From positions 1 through 59,684 of the forward strand of contig JBASAR010000035.1 of assembly GCA_049650705.1 (NCBI GenBank): a stretch of DNA of 59,684 bases. Reading direction: 5' to 3'. The DNA is from Pontixanthobacter sp. (GTDB taxonomy: Bacteria; Pseudomonadota; Alphaproteobacteria; Sphingomonadales; Sphingomonadaceae). This document shows, one piece after another, positions 41,637 through 54,366 of this stretch. The notes under the pieces were generated by a model. It was given only the letters and a program-made list of their open reading frames with translations, did no database searches and was not told the origin of the DNA. The position numbers and the translations under genes are program-made. Positions within the stretch are counted from its first letter, which is position 1. Each line of letters starts with the position of its first letter.

Positions 41637-42512
41637 TCACTTATATTGCGGCTCTTCCCACCATGGGTAGAAATCGGGCATGTCCTGCGTCACCGTGCCC
41701 GGGAAGTCGGGATCGCGTTTTTCCAGAAAACTCTGCACCCCTTCGCCCGCATCCTTCCCGCGGCTGAGGCGGTAGATCGCACGGCTGTCGATCCGGTGGG
41801 CGGCCATCGGATGATCGTGGGACGGCAGCCGCCACAGCATCGCACGGGTCATCGCGACCGAAACGGCGGAGGTGTTCTGCGCGATCTCCATCGCCAGTTC
41901 GCGCGCGGCATCCATCAGTTCGCCCTGCGGGTGGATGGAGCGCACGAGCCCCCCATCCTTCGCTGCCCGCGCATCGAAGATACGCCCGGTCATGCACCAT
42001 TCCAGTGCCTGTTGATGGCCGACCAGTTTCGGCAGGAACCAGCTCGATGCCGCTTCGGGCACGATGCCGCGTTTGGCGAAGACGAAACCGTATCGCGCAT
42101 TGTCGGACGCCAGCCGTATGTCCATCGGCAGTTGCATGGTCGCGCCCACGCCGACCGCCACGCCGTTGCAGGCGGCGATCAGCGGCTTGGTCGACTGAAA
42201 CATCCGCAGCGTCAGCCGCCCACCCCCGTCGCGCACGAGGTCGTCGGAGAGGTCGGTAACCTCTTCCTGACTGGAGAACGGTTTCGCGCCATCATCGGGC
42301 GTCAGGTCGGCCCCGGCGCAGAAGGCACGGTCGCCCGCCCCGGTTACGATCACCGCACGGATCGCATCGTCGGCATCGGTTTCGTCGAACGCCGCGATCA
42401 TTTCGCGCATCATGTGCCGTGTGTAGGCGTTCATCTTTGCGGGGCGATTGAGCGTGATGGTCGCGATCGGACCGTCTTTTTCCAGCAGGATCTGCGTGTA
42501 GTCGGTCATCAT
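41637..42512 (-). CDS. Crotonase/enoyl-CoA hydratase family protein
   Basis: TLNRPAKMNA, AFCAGADL, KPLIAACNG.AVGVG, RGIVPE. Confidence 0.92.
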   Translation of the reverse strand: MMTDYTQILLEKDGPIATITLNRPAKMNAYTRHMMREMIAAFDETDADDAIRAVIVTGAGDRAFCAGADLTPDDGAKPFSSQEEVTDLSDDLVRDGGGRLTLRMFQSTKPLIAACNGVAVGVGATMQLPMDIRLASDNARYGFVFAKRGIVPEAASSWFLPKLVGHQQALEWCMTGRIFDARAAKDGGLVRSIHPQGELMDAARELAMEIAQNTSAVSVAMTRAMLWRLPSHDHPMAAHRIDSRAIYRLSRGKDAGEGVQSFLEKRDPDFPGTVTQDMPDFYPWWEEPQYK

Positions 42513-42703
42513 CGATCTCCCTTAAGCGTTCAGCCTTGGATACGCAAAGCTGAACCGATGGACCGGTGTTACACAGTCCTGAACCAGAAACCGCCGCCCG
42601 CCCCCGGCGCTTTAGAAATGCCACAAAGGGGGCGGACGGTCGTCGTCATAAATGCGAACCTACCCCATTTTCCGGCGGGTAGGAAAGCGGGTTCGGCATG
42701 ATG

Positions 42704-43489
42704 TCAGCGCGGCGCCATGCGGATCGCGCCATCGAGCCGCACGTCCTCGCCGTTGAAATAATCGTTTTCGATCATCGTCATGGCGAGATGCGCATATTCT
42801 TCCGCATGACCCAATCGTTTGGGGAACGGGACGGAGGCGGCCAGCGCTTCCTTCACCTGGTCGGGCGCGGCATTCATTAACGGAGTGTTGAAGATACCGG
42901 GCAGGATGGTGTTCACCCGGATGCCCTCGCTCATCAGATCGCGCGCGACAGGCAGGGTCATGCCGATCACGCCGCCTTTGGATGCGGAATAGGCCGCCTG
43001 ACCGATCTGCCCGTCTTCACCTGCGACGGACGCGGTATTCACGATGGCGCCGCGATTGCCGTCTTCGCTCAAGGGATCCAACGTCATCATACCGGCCGCC
43101 GATTTGGCGATGCAGCGGAACGTGCCGACCAGGTTGATCTGGATGATCCAGTTGAACGCATCCATCGGAAAATGGCTGATATCGCCGGTTTTGCGGTCGC
43201 GCTTCGCCGTCTTGATCGCGTTGCCGGTGCCCGCGCAATTGACCAGCACGCGTTCCTGCCCATGAGCGGCGCGCGCTTTTTCGAAGCCGGCGTCGACCGA
43301 TGCATCGTCCGTCACGTTCACTTCGCAGAATACGCCGCCGATATCCCTGGCGACCGCTTCGCCCTTTTCTTCCTGCAGATCGAAAATCGCGACTTTCGCG
43401 CCTTTGGCGGCGAGCGCACGGGCGGTCGCTTCGCCAAGGCCCGAGGCACCGCCGGTGACGATGGCGGCTGTGTTCTTGGTAATCTCCAT
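42704..43489 (-). CDS. SDR, 3-hydroxyacyl-CoA dehydrogenase type II-like
   Basis: VTGGASGLG, NCAG, GQIGQAAYSASKGG, NGEDVRLDGAIRMAP. Confidence 0.92.
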   Translation of the reverse strand: MEITKNTAAIVTGGASGLGEATARALAAKGAKVAIFDLQEEKGEAVARDIGGVFCEVNVTDDASVDAGFEKARAAHGQERVLVNCAGTGNAIKTAKRDRKTGDISHFPMDAFNWIIQINLVGTFRCIAKSAAGMMTLDPLSEDGNRGAIVNTASVAGEDGQIGQAAYSASKGGVIGMTLPVARDLMSEGIRVNTILPGIFNTPLMNAAPDQVKEALAASVPFPKRLGHAEEYAHLAMTMIENDYFNGEDVRLDGAIRMAPR

Positions 43490-43531
43490 CAGTATTCTCT
43501 CCGTTTGTCCAAAAAAATTCGTTCGATCGCG

Positions 43532-44704
43532 CTACAGCGCTTCTACGATGGTCACATTCGCGACACCGCCGCCTTCGCACATCGTTTGCAGTCCGTATTT
43601 TCCGCCCCGCGCCTTCAAGGCGTGCAGCAATGTTGCCATCAGTTTGGTGCCCGATGCGCCAAGCGGATGGCCCAGCGCGATCGCGCCGCCATTCACATTC
43701 AGCTTGTCGGGGTCCGCGCCGGTATGTTTCAACCAGGCCAGCGGTACGGGCGCAAACGCTTCGTTCACTTCGAACAGGTCGATGTCGCCGATATTCAAAC
43801 CCGCGCGTTTCAGTGCGCGGCCGGTTGCAAACAGCGGTTCTTCCAACATGATTACCGGGTCGCCGGCGGTCACCGTCAGATCGACGATGCGGGCCAATGG
43901 TGTGAGCCCGTGATCCTTCAGGAACTGTTCGGACACGACCAGCGCCCCGCTCGATCCGTCGCATATCTGGCTGGCACTGGCGGCGGTGATCGTGCCGCCT
44001 TCGCTCAACAGTTTGACCGACGATATGCTGTCCAACGTGGCGTCGAACCGGATGCCCTCGTCGATAGTGTGCTGTTCCTCGCCATCGGGGGTTTCCACCG
44101 TAATCGGCACGATCTCGGCATCGAACGCGCCGGCCTTCGTCGCGGCGATCGCCTTTTCATGGCTGGCAAGCGCGAACCGGTCGAGATCGTTCTTGGTGAA
44201 GCCGTGCTTCTCGACGATCATTTCCGCGCCCGTGAACTGCGACCATATGATGCCGGGGTATTTCTCCTCCAGACCGGGCGATTTATACATGCCCAGCCCT
44301 TCCTTCATATGGAAGGTCGCGGTGGAGCCCATGGGCACCCGGCTCATGCTTTCGATGCCGCTGGCGATGACGGCGTCCTGCGTGCCGGACATGATGGCCT
44401 GGGCGGCGAACTGGATCGCCTGCTGACTGGAACCGCATTGCCGATCGATCGTGACCGCGGGTGTGCTTTGGGGCAGATGCTTGCTGGCGAGGACCGCGTT
44501 GCGCCCGACCTGCATCGATTGTTCGCCCGCCTGGCTGACGCAGCCCATGACGACATCGTCGATCGCTTTCGGATCGACACCCGTGCGTTCGATAAGCGCG
44601 TCGAGCGACTTCGCCGCCAGATCGACGGGATGCACACCGGCCAGACGTCCGCCACGTTTGCCCCCGGCCGTCCTGACGGCATCCACGAGATAGGCTGTCG
44701 GCAT
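43532..44704 (-). CDS. Acetyl-CoA C-acyltransferase (thiolase)
   Basis: DRQCGSS, NEAFA, NGGAIALGHPLGASG, MCEGGG. Confidence 0.95.
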   Translation of the reverse strand: MPTAYLVDAVRTAGGKRGGRLAGVHPVDLAAKSLDALIERTGVDPKAIDDVVMGCVSQAGEQSMQVGRNAVLASKHLPQSTPAVTIDRQCGSSQQAIQFAAQAIMSGTQDAVIASGIESMSRVPMGSTATFHMKEGLGMYKSPGLEEKYPGIIWSQFTGAEMIVEKHGFTKNDLDRFALASHEKAIAATKAGAFDAEIVPITVETPDGEEQHTIDEGIRFDATLDSISSVKLLSEGGTITAASASQICDGSSGALVVSEQFLKDHGLTPLARIVDLTVTAGDPVIMLEEPLFATGRALKRAGLNIGDIDLFEVNEAFAPVPLAWLKHTGADPDKLNVNGGAIALGHPLGASGTKLMATLLHALKARGGKYGLQTMCEGGGVANVTIVEAL

Positions 44705-45048
44705 ATGGGCACATTCCCTTGTCTTGTTGAACGATTTCGAATTCAGAAGCCCGGGCGTAAGCCAAGCGACCGGCGACGGTCAAGCCGATGACGGCTCCTA
44801 TCAAGATCGTCCCACCTTCGATCGGCGACCTTCCGCTGACCTCAAGCGCCCGGCTCGGTTGTGACAAATTTGCGACAGACAGGTTTCGAAATTGCAGAAA
44901 TCCTATCCACCCGCTTCCAATTCGAGAACATATTCGACATCAGCAGAACGGGATGTAGGGCGCACACAGCTTCGCACTGCGATCAGCAAATTCATAACGG
45001 TATGTCCGCCAACAGGCGAAGGCATCTTTTCGGAAGGTTACACCGACT

Positions 45049-48027
45049 ATGTTGAAGAACACACTTTTCCTGGCGAGCGGCGCTCCCTTCGCCCTCGGTA
45101 TCGCGCTCTGCGCCGCTCCGGCAGCTGCACAAATTCAGCCGAGCGAGCAAAACGTCAATGAGAACGACGCTACTCCGCTGGCGGATGACATCCAGACCGT
45201 CGTGGTCACCGGATCGCGTTTCACCAACCCCAACCTCGAACAGTCGAGCCCGGTTGCCGTCGTGACCGACGAAGAAATCAATCTTCGGCAGCCGACCGTG
45301 GTCGAAGACCTGCTGCGCGAAATTCCCGGAGTAACGCCGAGCATCGGTGCACAGGTCAATAACGGCAATGGCGGCGCGACCTTCGTCGACCTTCGCGGCA
45401 TTGGCAACAACCGGAACCTGACTTTGCTCAACGGCACACGCGTGGTTCCCGCCGATCTTCAAGGGCGTACCAACGTCGACGTCATTCCCGTCGCCTTGCT
45501 TGAGCGTGTCGACGTACTGACCGGCGGTGCCAGCACCACTTATGGCGCGGACGCCATTTCCGGCGTGGTCAACTTCATCACCAAGCGTGATTTCGAAGGC
45601 GCTGAGATTACCGCTTTGCAAGGCATCACCGAAGAAGGCGATGGCTCGACGCAGCGTATCGACCTTACCGTGGGCGGCAATTTCGCCGACGGACGCGGCA
45701 ACGCCGTACTGAGCATCGGTTACACCGATCGCGATGTCGTAACGCAGGGCGCACGTGAGTTCTCCGAATTCAACCTGAGCTCGTTCTCCGGTAATCCCGG
45801 CGGTTCTTCCACCGCGGTTCCGACGGTCATCACCGTCCCCGGAACAACCAGCGGTACCTTGCAGGTGTCGCCGGACGGTAATTCCCTTGTACCCTTCGAT
45901 CGGCCGTTTAACTTTAACCCGTTCAACATCTTTCAGTTGCCGCTTGAACAGTACCGTATCTTCGGTGCTGGCCATTACGAAATTGCCGATGGCATCGAAG
46001 CATTCGGCGAGGCGCTGTTCGTTCAGAGCACCAACTCAACCATCATTGCACCGTCGGGTACTTTCCGTAACGTGCTGACCACGCCATTGAGCAATCCGTT
46101 CCTCAACGCGGGTATCCGCAACCAGATTTGCGGCCTCGACACGGTAGCCGACGATCCGGAAAACCCCGCATCGATTGGCGTTCAGCGCCGTTTCTCGCAG
46201 GCGGAATGCGATGCTGCTGCTGTGGCAACCGATCCCGACGATGATGATTTCCGCACCGTCGACCTCGATTTCGGGCGTCGTTTCGTCGAATTAGGCAATC
46301 GCACCAACGAATACGAAACGCAGCTTTTCCAGTTCAAGGCTGGTTTACGCGGTGATATTACGTCGACGCTGCAGTTCGAAGTCTTCGGCGCCTACGGCGA
46401 AAGCGAAAACGACTCCTTCCAGTCCGGTAACGGCACGTTCACCCGTCTGCAGCAGTCGCTCTTGGCGACCAGCGCCGACGAGTGCCTCGACACATCCAAC
46501 AATTGCGTACCCATCAATCTGTTCGGTCCATTGGGCAGCATCACGCAGGACGTTGCTGACTTCCTTGACGTCGGTAACCGTGGCGGTACCGAAACCAGCC
46601 TGACCCAGGTACAAGGTTTCGTATCCGGCGATTTCGGTTTCGCATTCCCCGGCGCGATCACCCCGCTCAGCATCGTGCTCGGTGGAGAATATCGCGAGTA
46701 TGAAGCCAGCACATCTTCGGACCTTCTGACGCAGACGCCCGGCGAAATTCTGGGCAACGGCGCAGCAAGTCCGGACTCGTTTGGTACATATGATGTGAAG
46801 GAAGTCTTCGGCGAACTGGCTATCCCGTTGATCGAAGACAGCTTCATTCCGGAACTCACCATCCTTCTAGGTGGACGTATTTCGGACTATTCCACCACCG
46901 GCACGGAATACACATATAAGGCGGGTGCCACGGCCGAGATTTTCCCGGGCTTCCAGCTCCGCGGAAACTATCAGCGTGCAACCCGCGCGCCGAACATCTT
47001 CGAGCTGTTCCAGCCGCAGGTAACTGGTCTCGACAATTTCGACTCGGATCCATGTGCCGGTGCGACACCTGTCGGAAACGCCCAGCTGACTGCAATCTGC
47101 CTCGCGCAGGGTGCGCCCGCCAACGTTATCGGCAATATTCAGGTCGACCCTGCCGGTCAGGTGAACAACACTTTCGGTGGCAACCGCGACCTGGAAGCCG
47201 AAAAGGCGGACACGTTCACCATTGGTGCGATCTTCCAGCCCGACTTCATTCGCGGGCTCTCGATCACGGTCGATTACTTCAACATCGACCTGAGCGATGC
47301 GATCACCACGCCGACCATCGATTCCGTGTTGGCCAATTGTTTTGGTGATTTCCGTGAAGCTCCGGGCGGCAGTGCAACCGATCCTGCCTGTACGGACTTC
47401 ATTCGTCGCAACCCCGCAACCGGCAACCTGTTCGGCAGCGTCGCGACGACGCCCGGGATCGTGACGGTGTTCAGCAATCTCGGTTCGATCGAAACCGACG
47501 GCATCGATCTGGTATTCAACTATCAGCGCGATCTCGGCCTTGCGAATTTGAACTTCAATTTCGCTGGTACCTGGACGAATTCGAATTTCTTCAACCCCAA
47601 TCAGAACGATCCCGATGGCGGGTTCGAATGCGCTGGTTTCTTCGGCACGAACTGTGGATCGATTATTCCCGAGTTCAGCTTCAACCAGCGCACGACCCTT
47701 GGCTTCGACGGTGTCGATCTTTCGCTTCTTTGGAGGTACATCGATGGGGTCGAACTCGAAGCGTCGAATTTCAACGCTGCCGGATCGGCACCATTCCTCG
47801 ATGAATTCGAATCGATCAGTGCGGAACATTATTTCGATCTGTCCGCACGCTTCGACGTAACGCCAACCTTCCAGTTGACAGCCACGGCATTGAACCTGTT
47901 CGACAACAAGCCGCCAATCGTCGGCAGCAACATTGGTTCGACGGCCTTCAACTCAGGCAATACGTTCCCATCGACCTACGACCCATTGGGTCGGCGTTAT
48001 TCGGTAACCGCGAGCCTGACTTTCTAA
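45049..48027 (+). CDS. TonB-dependent receptor
   Basis: Signal peptide, TonB box TVVVTGSR, plug RNLTLLNG.R and ERVDVLTGGAS.TYGADAISGVVNFIT, C-terminal GRRYSVTASLTF. Confidence 0.95.
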   Translation: MLKNTLFLASGAPFALGIALCAAPAAAQIQPSEQNVNENDATPLADDIQTVVVTGSRFTNPNLEQSSPVAVVTDEEINLRQPTVVEDLLREIPGVTPSIGAQVNNGNGGATFVDLRGIGNNRNLTLLNGTRVVPADLQGRTNVDVIPVALLERVDVLTGGASTTYGADAISGVVNFITKRDFEGAEITALQGITEEGDGSTQRIDLTVGGNFADGRGNAVLSIGYTDRDVVTQGAREFSEFNLSSFSGNPGGSSTAVPTVITVPGTTSGTLQVSPDGNSLVPFDRPFNFNPFNIFQLPLEQYRIFGAGHYEIADGIEAFGEALFVQSTNSTIIAPSGTFRNVLTTPLSNPFLNAGIRNQICGLDTVADDPENPASIGVQRRFSQAECDAAAVATDPDDDDFRTVDLDFGRRFVELGNRTNEYETQLFQFKAGLRGDITSTLQFEVFGAYGESENDSFQSGNGTFTRLQQSLLATSADECLDTSNNCVPINLFGPLGSITQDVADFLDVGNRGGTETSLTQVQGFVSGDFGFAFPGAITPLSIVLGGEYREYEASTSSDLLTQTPGEILGNGAASPDSFGTYDVKEVFGELAIPLIEDSFIPELTILLGGRISDYSTTGTEYTYKAGATAEIFPGFQLRGNYQRATRAPNIFELFQPQVTGLDNFDSDPCAGATPVGNAQLTAICLAQGAPANVIGNIQVDPAGQVNNTFGGNRDLEAEKADTFTIGAIFQPDFIRGLSITVDYFNIDLSDAITTPTIDSVLANCFGDFREAPGGSATDPACTDFIRRNPATGNLFGSVATTPGIVTVFSNLGSIETDGIDLVFNYQRDLGLANLNFNFAGTWTNSNFFNPNQNDPDGGFECAGFFGTNCGSIIPEFSFNQRTTLGFDGVDLSLLWRYIDGVELEASNFNAAGSAPFLDEFESISAEHYFDLSARFDVTPTFQLTATALNLFDNKPPIVGSNIGSTAFNSGNTFPSTYDPLGRRYSVTASLTF

Positions 48028-48049
48028 GGCACGTGACCTAAACAAATTG

Positions 48050-48078
48050 AGGGGCGTCTAACCGGCGCCCCTTTTTTT
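48050..48078 (+). terminator. Intrinsic terminator
   Basis: AGGGGCGTC-TAACC-GGCGCCCCT followed by a T tract. Confidence 0.85.
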
Positions 48079-48296
48079 GTCTGCCATAAAGGCAAAACCT
48101 GCAACATCGGATGAGCGTTGCGATCCTGCAACACATGGTTTCAATTTTATTGCAGCGGGATAAGGCACTTGCGCTAAACCCTGAACCTGGCGCAACGAGA
48201 AATACGTTAAGTCGTGGATTGGCCGAAAACCAATATCGGTATCCTCGTTCGGGTCGCCCTGCAGCTTCTGATGCGGGTATTTTGAGGGATTATATC

Positions 48297-51200
48297 ATGA
48301 AAAAGTCTTTGTTTACGAGCGTCGGCCTTGCCGCACTGTCCTTTTCGGCATTCGCCGCACCCGCTTCGGCGCAGCTGATCGACGCCACGCCGGACTGCGT
48401 TGATAACGACCGTAACGGCGTATGCGACGATGACGAGCGCGTCACCGCCGAAGGCACCACCCCGGAAAATTCCAACGTGGTTACCATTACCGGTTCGCGT
48501 ATTCGCGTACGGGAGGCCGACAGCCCCCGCCCCATCGTGACGTTGAACGAACAATATATCGAAGACCGCAACATCACGAACGTTGCCGATGCCTTGAACG
48601 AACTGCCGATCTATAACGGTTCGGTCACGCCCGCCGGTGCCCAGGGAACGTTCGGCCAGGGCGTCAACTTCCTCAATACCTTCGGTCTGGGTTCCAACCG
48701 CAACCTGACGCTGATCAACGGTCGCCGGTTCGTGAACTCCAACCCGCCAACGGTGTTCAACAACGCCGGCGCGGGTACGCAGGTCGATCTTAACGTCATC
48801 CCGACCATCCTGGTGGACCGCATCGAAACCGTCGCCATCGGCGGTGCCCCGATTTACGGTTCGGACGCCATCGCGTCGACCACCAACGTCATTCTTCGCA
48901 CCGATTACGAAGGTCTGACCTTCACTGCGTTGTCGGGCATCAGCGAACGCGGCGACAATTTCCGCTATCAGATTTCCGGCGTGGCCGGCATCAATCTGCT
49001 CGACGACCGACTGAACCTGACGGTGGCGGCATCGCGCGATGAAGAAGACGGACTGCTTTTCAACGATCGTGATTTCTTCCGCCAAGGCTTCGGCACCTTG
49101 CGCAACCTTCCGTCCGAAGGTGCACGCGCATTTCGGGTAAATCCAAATCTCGGTGACGATGATGGCGGCGGCGTTGCTAATCCGGATGGCAACCCGCCAT
49201 TCGCTCTGTTCCGGGGAGTTCGTATTCCGACGCTTTCCCGTTCCGGCCGTATCCAGGCATTCAATCCTGCGGAAGGCATTGTCGATTTCCAAAACTTCGG
49301 GTTGGGTGCGCTCGATTTCGACGGGCAGGGCCAGATCGTTCCTTTTAACGAAGGTTTCGGTGTCTTCAATCCGAATGGATCAGCGGCACGTGACCGCGTT
49401 GGCGGTGATGGTTTCGCCTTCAACGACTTTTCCCAGATTACCTCAGACGTCGAGCGGACGACTGTAAACGCTTTCGCTACCTTCGAAGTCGTCGACAACG
49501 TGGAAATCTATGGCGAAGGGACCTATTTCTTCAGCCGGGCCGATGAACTTATTCAGCAACCGACGTTCAATACGTCGCTATTTGGTTTTGGTGGCGTCTC
49601 GAGCCCCCTGCTGTTTACTACCGACAATCCCTTCCTAAGTGCACAAGCGCGCGACCTCCTGGAATCGGGGGGCGTGAACCAATTCTTCACTTCGCGCGCC
49701 TCGCTCGATCTGACCGATCCCACCGGTTTCGGCGAGAATGAGATCTATCGCGGCGTCGTAGGCGTCCGGGGTGAGTTCGAAACTTTGGGTCGTATTTTCA
49801 ACTTCGACGCCAGCTACAACCGTGGCACGGCGGAAATCACCACCTTTGGTGAGCAGATCAACCAGCAGAATTTCGTGAACGCCGTCAACGTTACGCGCAA
49901 TGCTGCGGGTAACATCGTCTGTGACGCAAATCCCGCGGTAAATGCTGCCCAGTTTGCAGGCGGGTTGACGCCGGTCGCCGACGCCAACTGCGTTCCGTTG
50001 AACACCTTTGGTGAAGGTGTACGTAGCCAGGCTGCCCTCGATTACATCACGCAGGATACTGTTGTTGTTGCCACGCTGGATCAGGAAGTGTTCAACGTGA
50101 ACCTCGGCTCGACGTTGTTCGATCTTTATGGGGCCGGTCCGATCGGCTTCAACATCGGTTACGAACGTCGGACGGAAGAAGGCGAATTTATTCCTGATGA
50201 TTTCACCGTCCAGGGACTTGGTCGGTCGGTGGGCATTCCCGCCGTCAGCGGCGATTACACCATCGACGAGTTCTTTGGCGAGGTTCTGATTCCTCTGGTG
50301 TCGCCAGACAATGATTTCTTCGTCCATTCGGCCGAGCTGAACGGAGCGATCCGTCAGGTCGACAACACGATCAACGGATCGTTTACGTCGTTCACGGCTG
50401 GCGGTCGTCTCGCGATCATACCGGACATCGAATTCCGCGGTAACTTTACGCGATCTTTCCGCGCACCCGCTATTGGCGAACTGTTCTCACCCCAGGGCAA
50501 TGCGTTCGATACGGTCGATCGGCCTTGCCGGAACCCAGATGCGGGCCCGAACCCAGCAGTTCGCCAAATCAACTGTGCGGCATTCCTTGCACGTTTTCCC
50601 AACGCTAACGAAGATCCTTCTGGCGCGGCCACTATCTCGATCTTGACAGGCGGTAATACGAATCTTCAGAATGAAGAAGCCGATGCCTATACCTTTGGTG
50701 TAGTGCTTCAGCCCCGCTTCCTCGATCGGTTCGTACTCGCTGTCGATTATCTGAACATCAATTTGACTCAGCCTATTCAGTCACTGACTGTGTCCGATTT
50801 GGTCACCGGTTGTTTCGATAACCCAGATTTCGATACTTCGGACCCGGCGAATGGCAACGAGTTTTGCTCACGTTTCCGTCGCCAGCCCGAAGGGACGCAG
50901 GGTCAGCTTCCCGATGGCACGACGGGTGACATTGGCGGTTTCGTCATCAATGATCCGCTAAACCCTGGTGTGACCACCGGGTTCGTAAATGGGGTCGAAC
51001 AGGATTTTGAAGGTATTCAGGGCGTGTTGTCCTACACTTTGCCTGATTTCCTAGGCAGCACAGGTTCGCTGGGTCTTACGGGTAACTTCCTGTATGTTCT
51101 CAACCGGGAGTTCAACGATTTGGGTGTGCTTACAGATCGAACCGATGGAACCTTCGGTGACCCGACCTTCTCGGCGCAGCTGAACGTTCGCTACACTCAG

Positions 51201-51479
51201 GATGACTTCGGTGCGTTGTTCTCGACGAACTTTACCGGGCGTCAGCTGGCGTCGCGGGACGACGATCTTGATATCGACATTCGCGAGTTCAATCGCCGTG
51301 ATGCGTATGCAACCTTCAACACCTCGGTGTTCTTCGATGTAGAGGAAGATTTCCGGTTTACTTTCGCGGTAACGAACCTGCTGGATCGCAATTTCCAGGA
51401 AACGTATTTCGATGCGTTCAACGGGATCGAGGATGCTATTGGTCGTCGCTTCTCCGCCAGCGTGCGGGTTCAGTACTGA
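48297..51479 (+). CDS. TonB-dependent receptor
   Basis: MKKSLF signal, VTITGSRI TonB box, RNLTLINGRR, YGSDAIASTTNVIL, C-terminal GRRFSASVRVQY. Confidence 0.95.
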   Translation: MKKSLFTSVGLAALSFSAFAAPASAQLIDATPDCVDNDRNGVCDDDERVTAEGTTPENSNVVTITGSRIRVREADSPRPIVTLNEQYIEDRNITNVADALNELPIYNGSVTPAGAQGTFGQGVNFLNTFGLGSNRNLTLINGRRFVNSNPPTVFNNAGAGTQVDLNVIPTILVDRIETVAIGGAPIYGSDAIASTTNVILRTDYEGLTFTALSGISERGDNFRYQISGVAGINLLDDRLNLTVAASRDEEDGLLFNDRDFFRQGFGTLRNLPSEGARAFRVNPNLGDDDGGGVANPDGNPPFALFRGVRIPTLSRSGRIQAFNPAEGIVDFQNFGLGALDFDGQGQIVPFNEGFGVFNPNGSAARDRVGGDGFAFNDFSQITSDVERTTVNAFATFEVVDNVEIYGEGTYFFSRADELIQQPTFNTSLFGFGGVSSPLLFTTDNPFLSAQARDLLESGGVNQFFTSRASLDLTDPTGFGENEIYRGVVGVRGEFETLGRIFNFDASYNRGTAEITTFGEQINQQNFVNAVNVTRNAAGNIVCDANPAVNAAQFAGGLTPVADANCVPLNTFGEGVRSQAALDYITQDTVVVATLDQEVFNVNLGSTLFDLYGAGPIGFNIGYERRTEEGEFIPDDFTVQGLGRSVGIPAVSGDYTIDEFFGEVLIPLVSPDNDFFVHSAELNGAIRQVDNTINGSFTSFTAGGRLAIIPDIEFRGNFTRSFRAPAIGELFSPQGNAFDTVDRPCRNPDAGPNPAVRQINCAAFLARFPNANEDPSGAATISILTGGNTNLQNEEADAYTFGVVLQPRFLDRFVLAVDYLNINLTQPIQSLTVSDLVTGCFDNPDFDTSDPANGNEFCSRFRRQPEGTQGQLPDGTTGDIGGFVINDPLNPGVTTGFVNGVEQDFEGIQGVLSYTLPDFLGSTGSLGLTGNFLYVLNREFNDLGVLTDRTDGTFGDPTFSAQLNVRYTQDDFGALFSTNFTGRQLASRDDDLDIDIREFNRRDAYATFNTSVFFDVEEDFRFTFAVTNLLDRNFQETYFDAFNGIEDAIGRRFSASVRVQY

Positions 51480-51497
51480 TCGAAGCTGAAACGAATG

Positions 51498-51533
51498 AAA
51501 AAAGGGCTTCGGGAAACCGGAGCCCTTTTTTTT
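51498..51533. terminator. Bidirectional intrinsic terminator
   Basis: A6-GGGCTTCGG-GAAA-CCGGAGCCC-T8 between the convergent TBDR and clpB. Confidence 0.9.
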
Positions 51534-51615
51534 ATGTCCATTCGCCGCATGCGTATGGCGGTATCATCGTATCGGGGACCGAGGCGAGATCGCCATCGCG
51601 CCGTGAGACGAATTC

Positions 51616-54195
<2,580 letters not shown>

Positions 54196-54233
54196 GGGGT
54201 TGCGGCTCCTTCACGCGAACAGGTGTGTTAGGG

Positions 54234-54261
54234 AGATAGGGGACCATGACGGCTTTGCAAC
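54234..54261 (-). promoter_or_regulatory. RpoH (sigma32) promoter of clpB
   Basis: Minus strand GTTG-N17-CCTATCT resembles the alphaproteobacterial CTTG-N17-CCTATNT consensus. Confidence 0.65.
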
Positions 54262-54366
54262 TCGCCCGCCGACGATCCGGTAGTAGCCCCATGATGCCGA
54301 AGAAATGCGTGGTCGTTTGACGTTTCGTATCGCCGCGCTAAACCCGCGATAAATGAAGGGGTTGGC

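Noticed and set aside
43172..44791. 539-aa plus-strand ORF
   Set aside because: Antisense to the thiolase and SDR genes, which carry clear family motifs.
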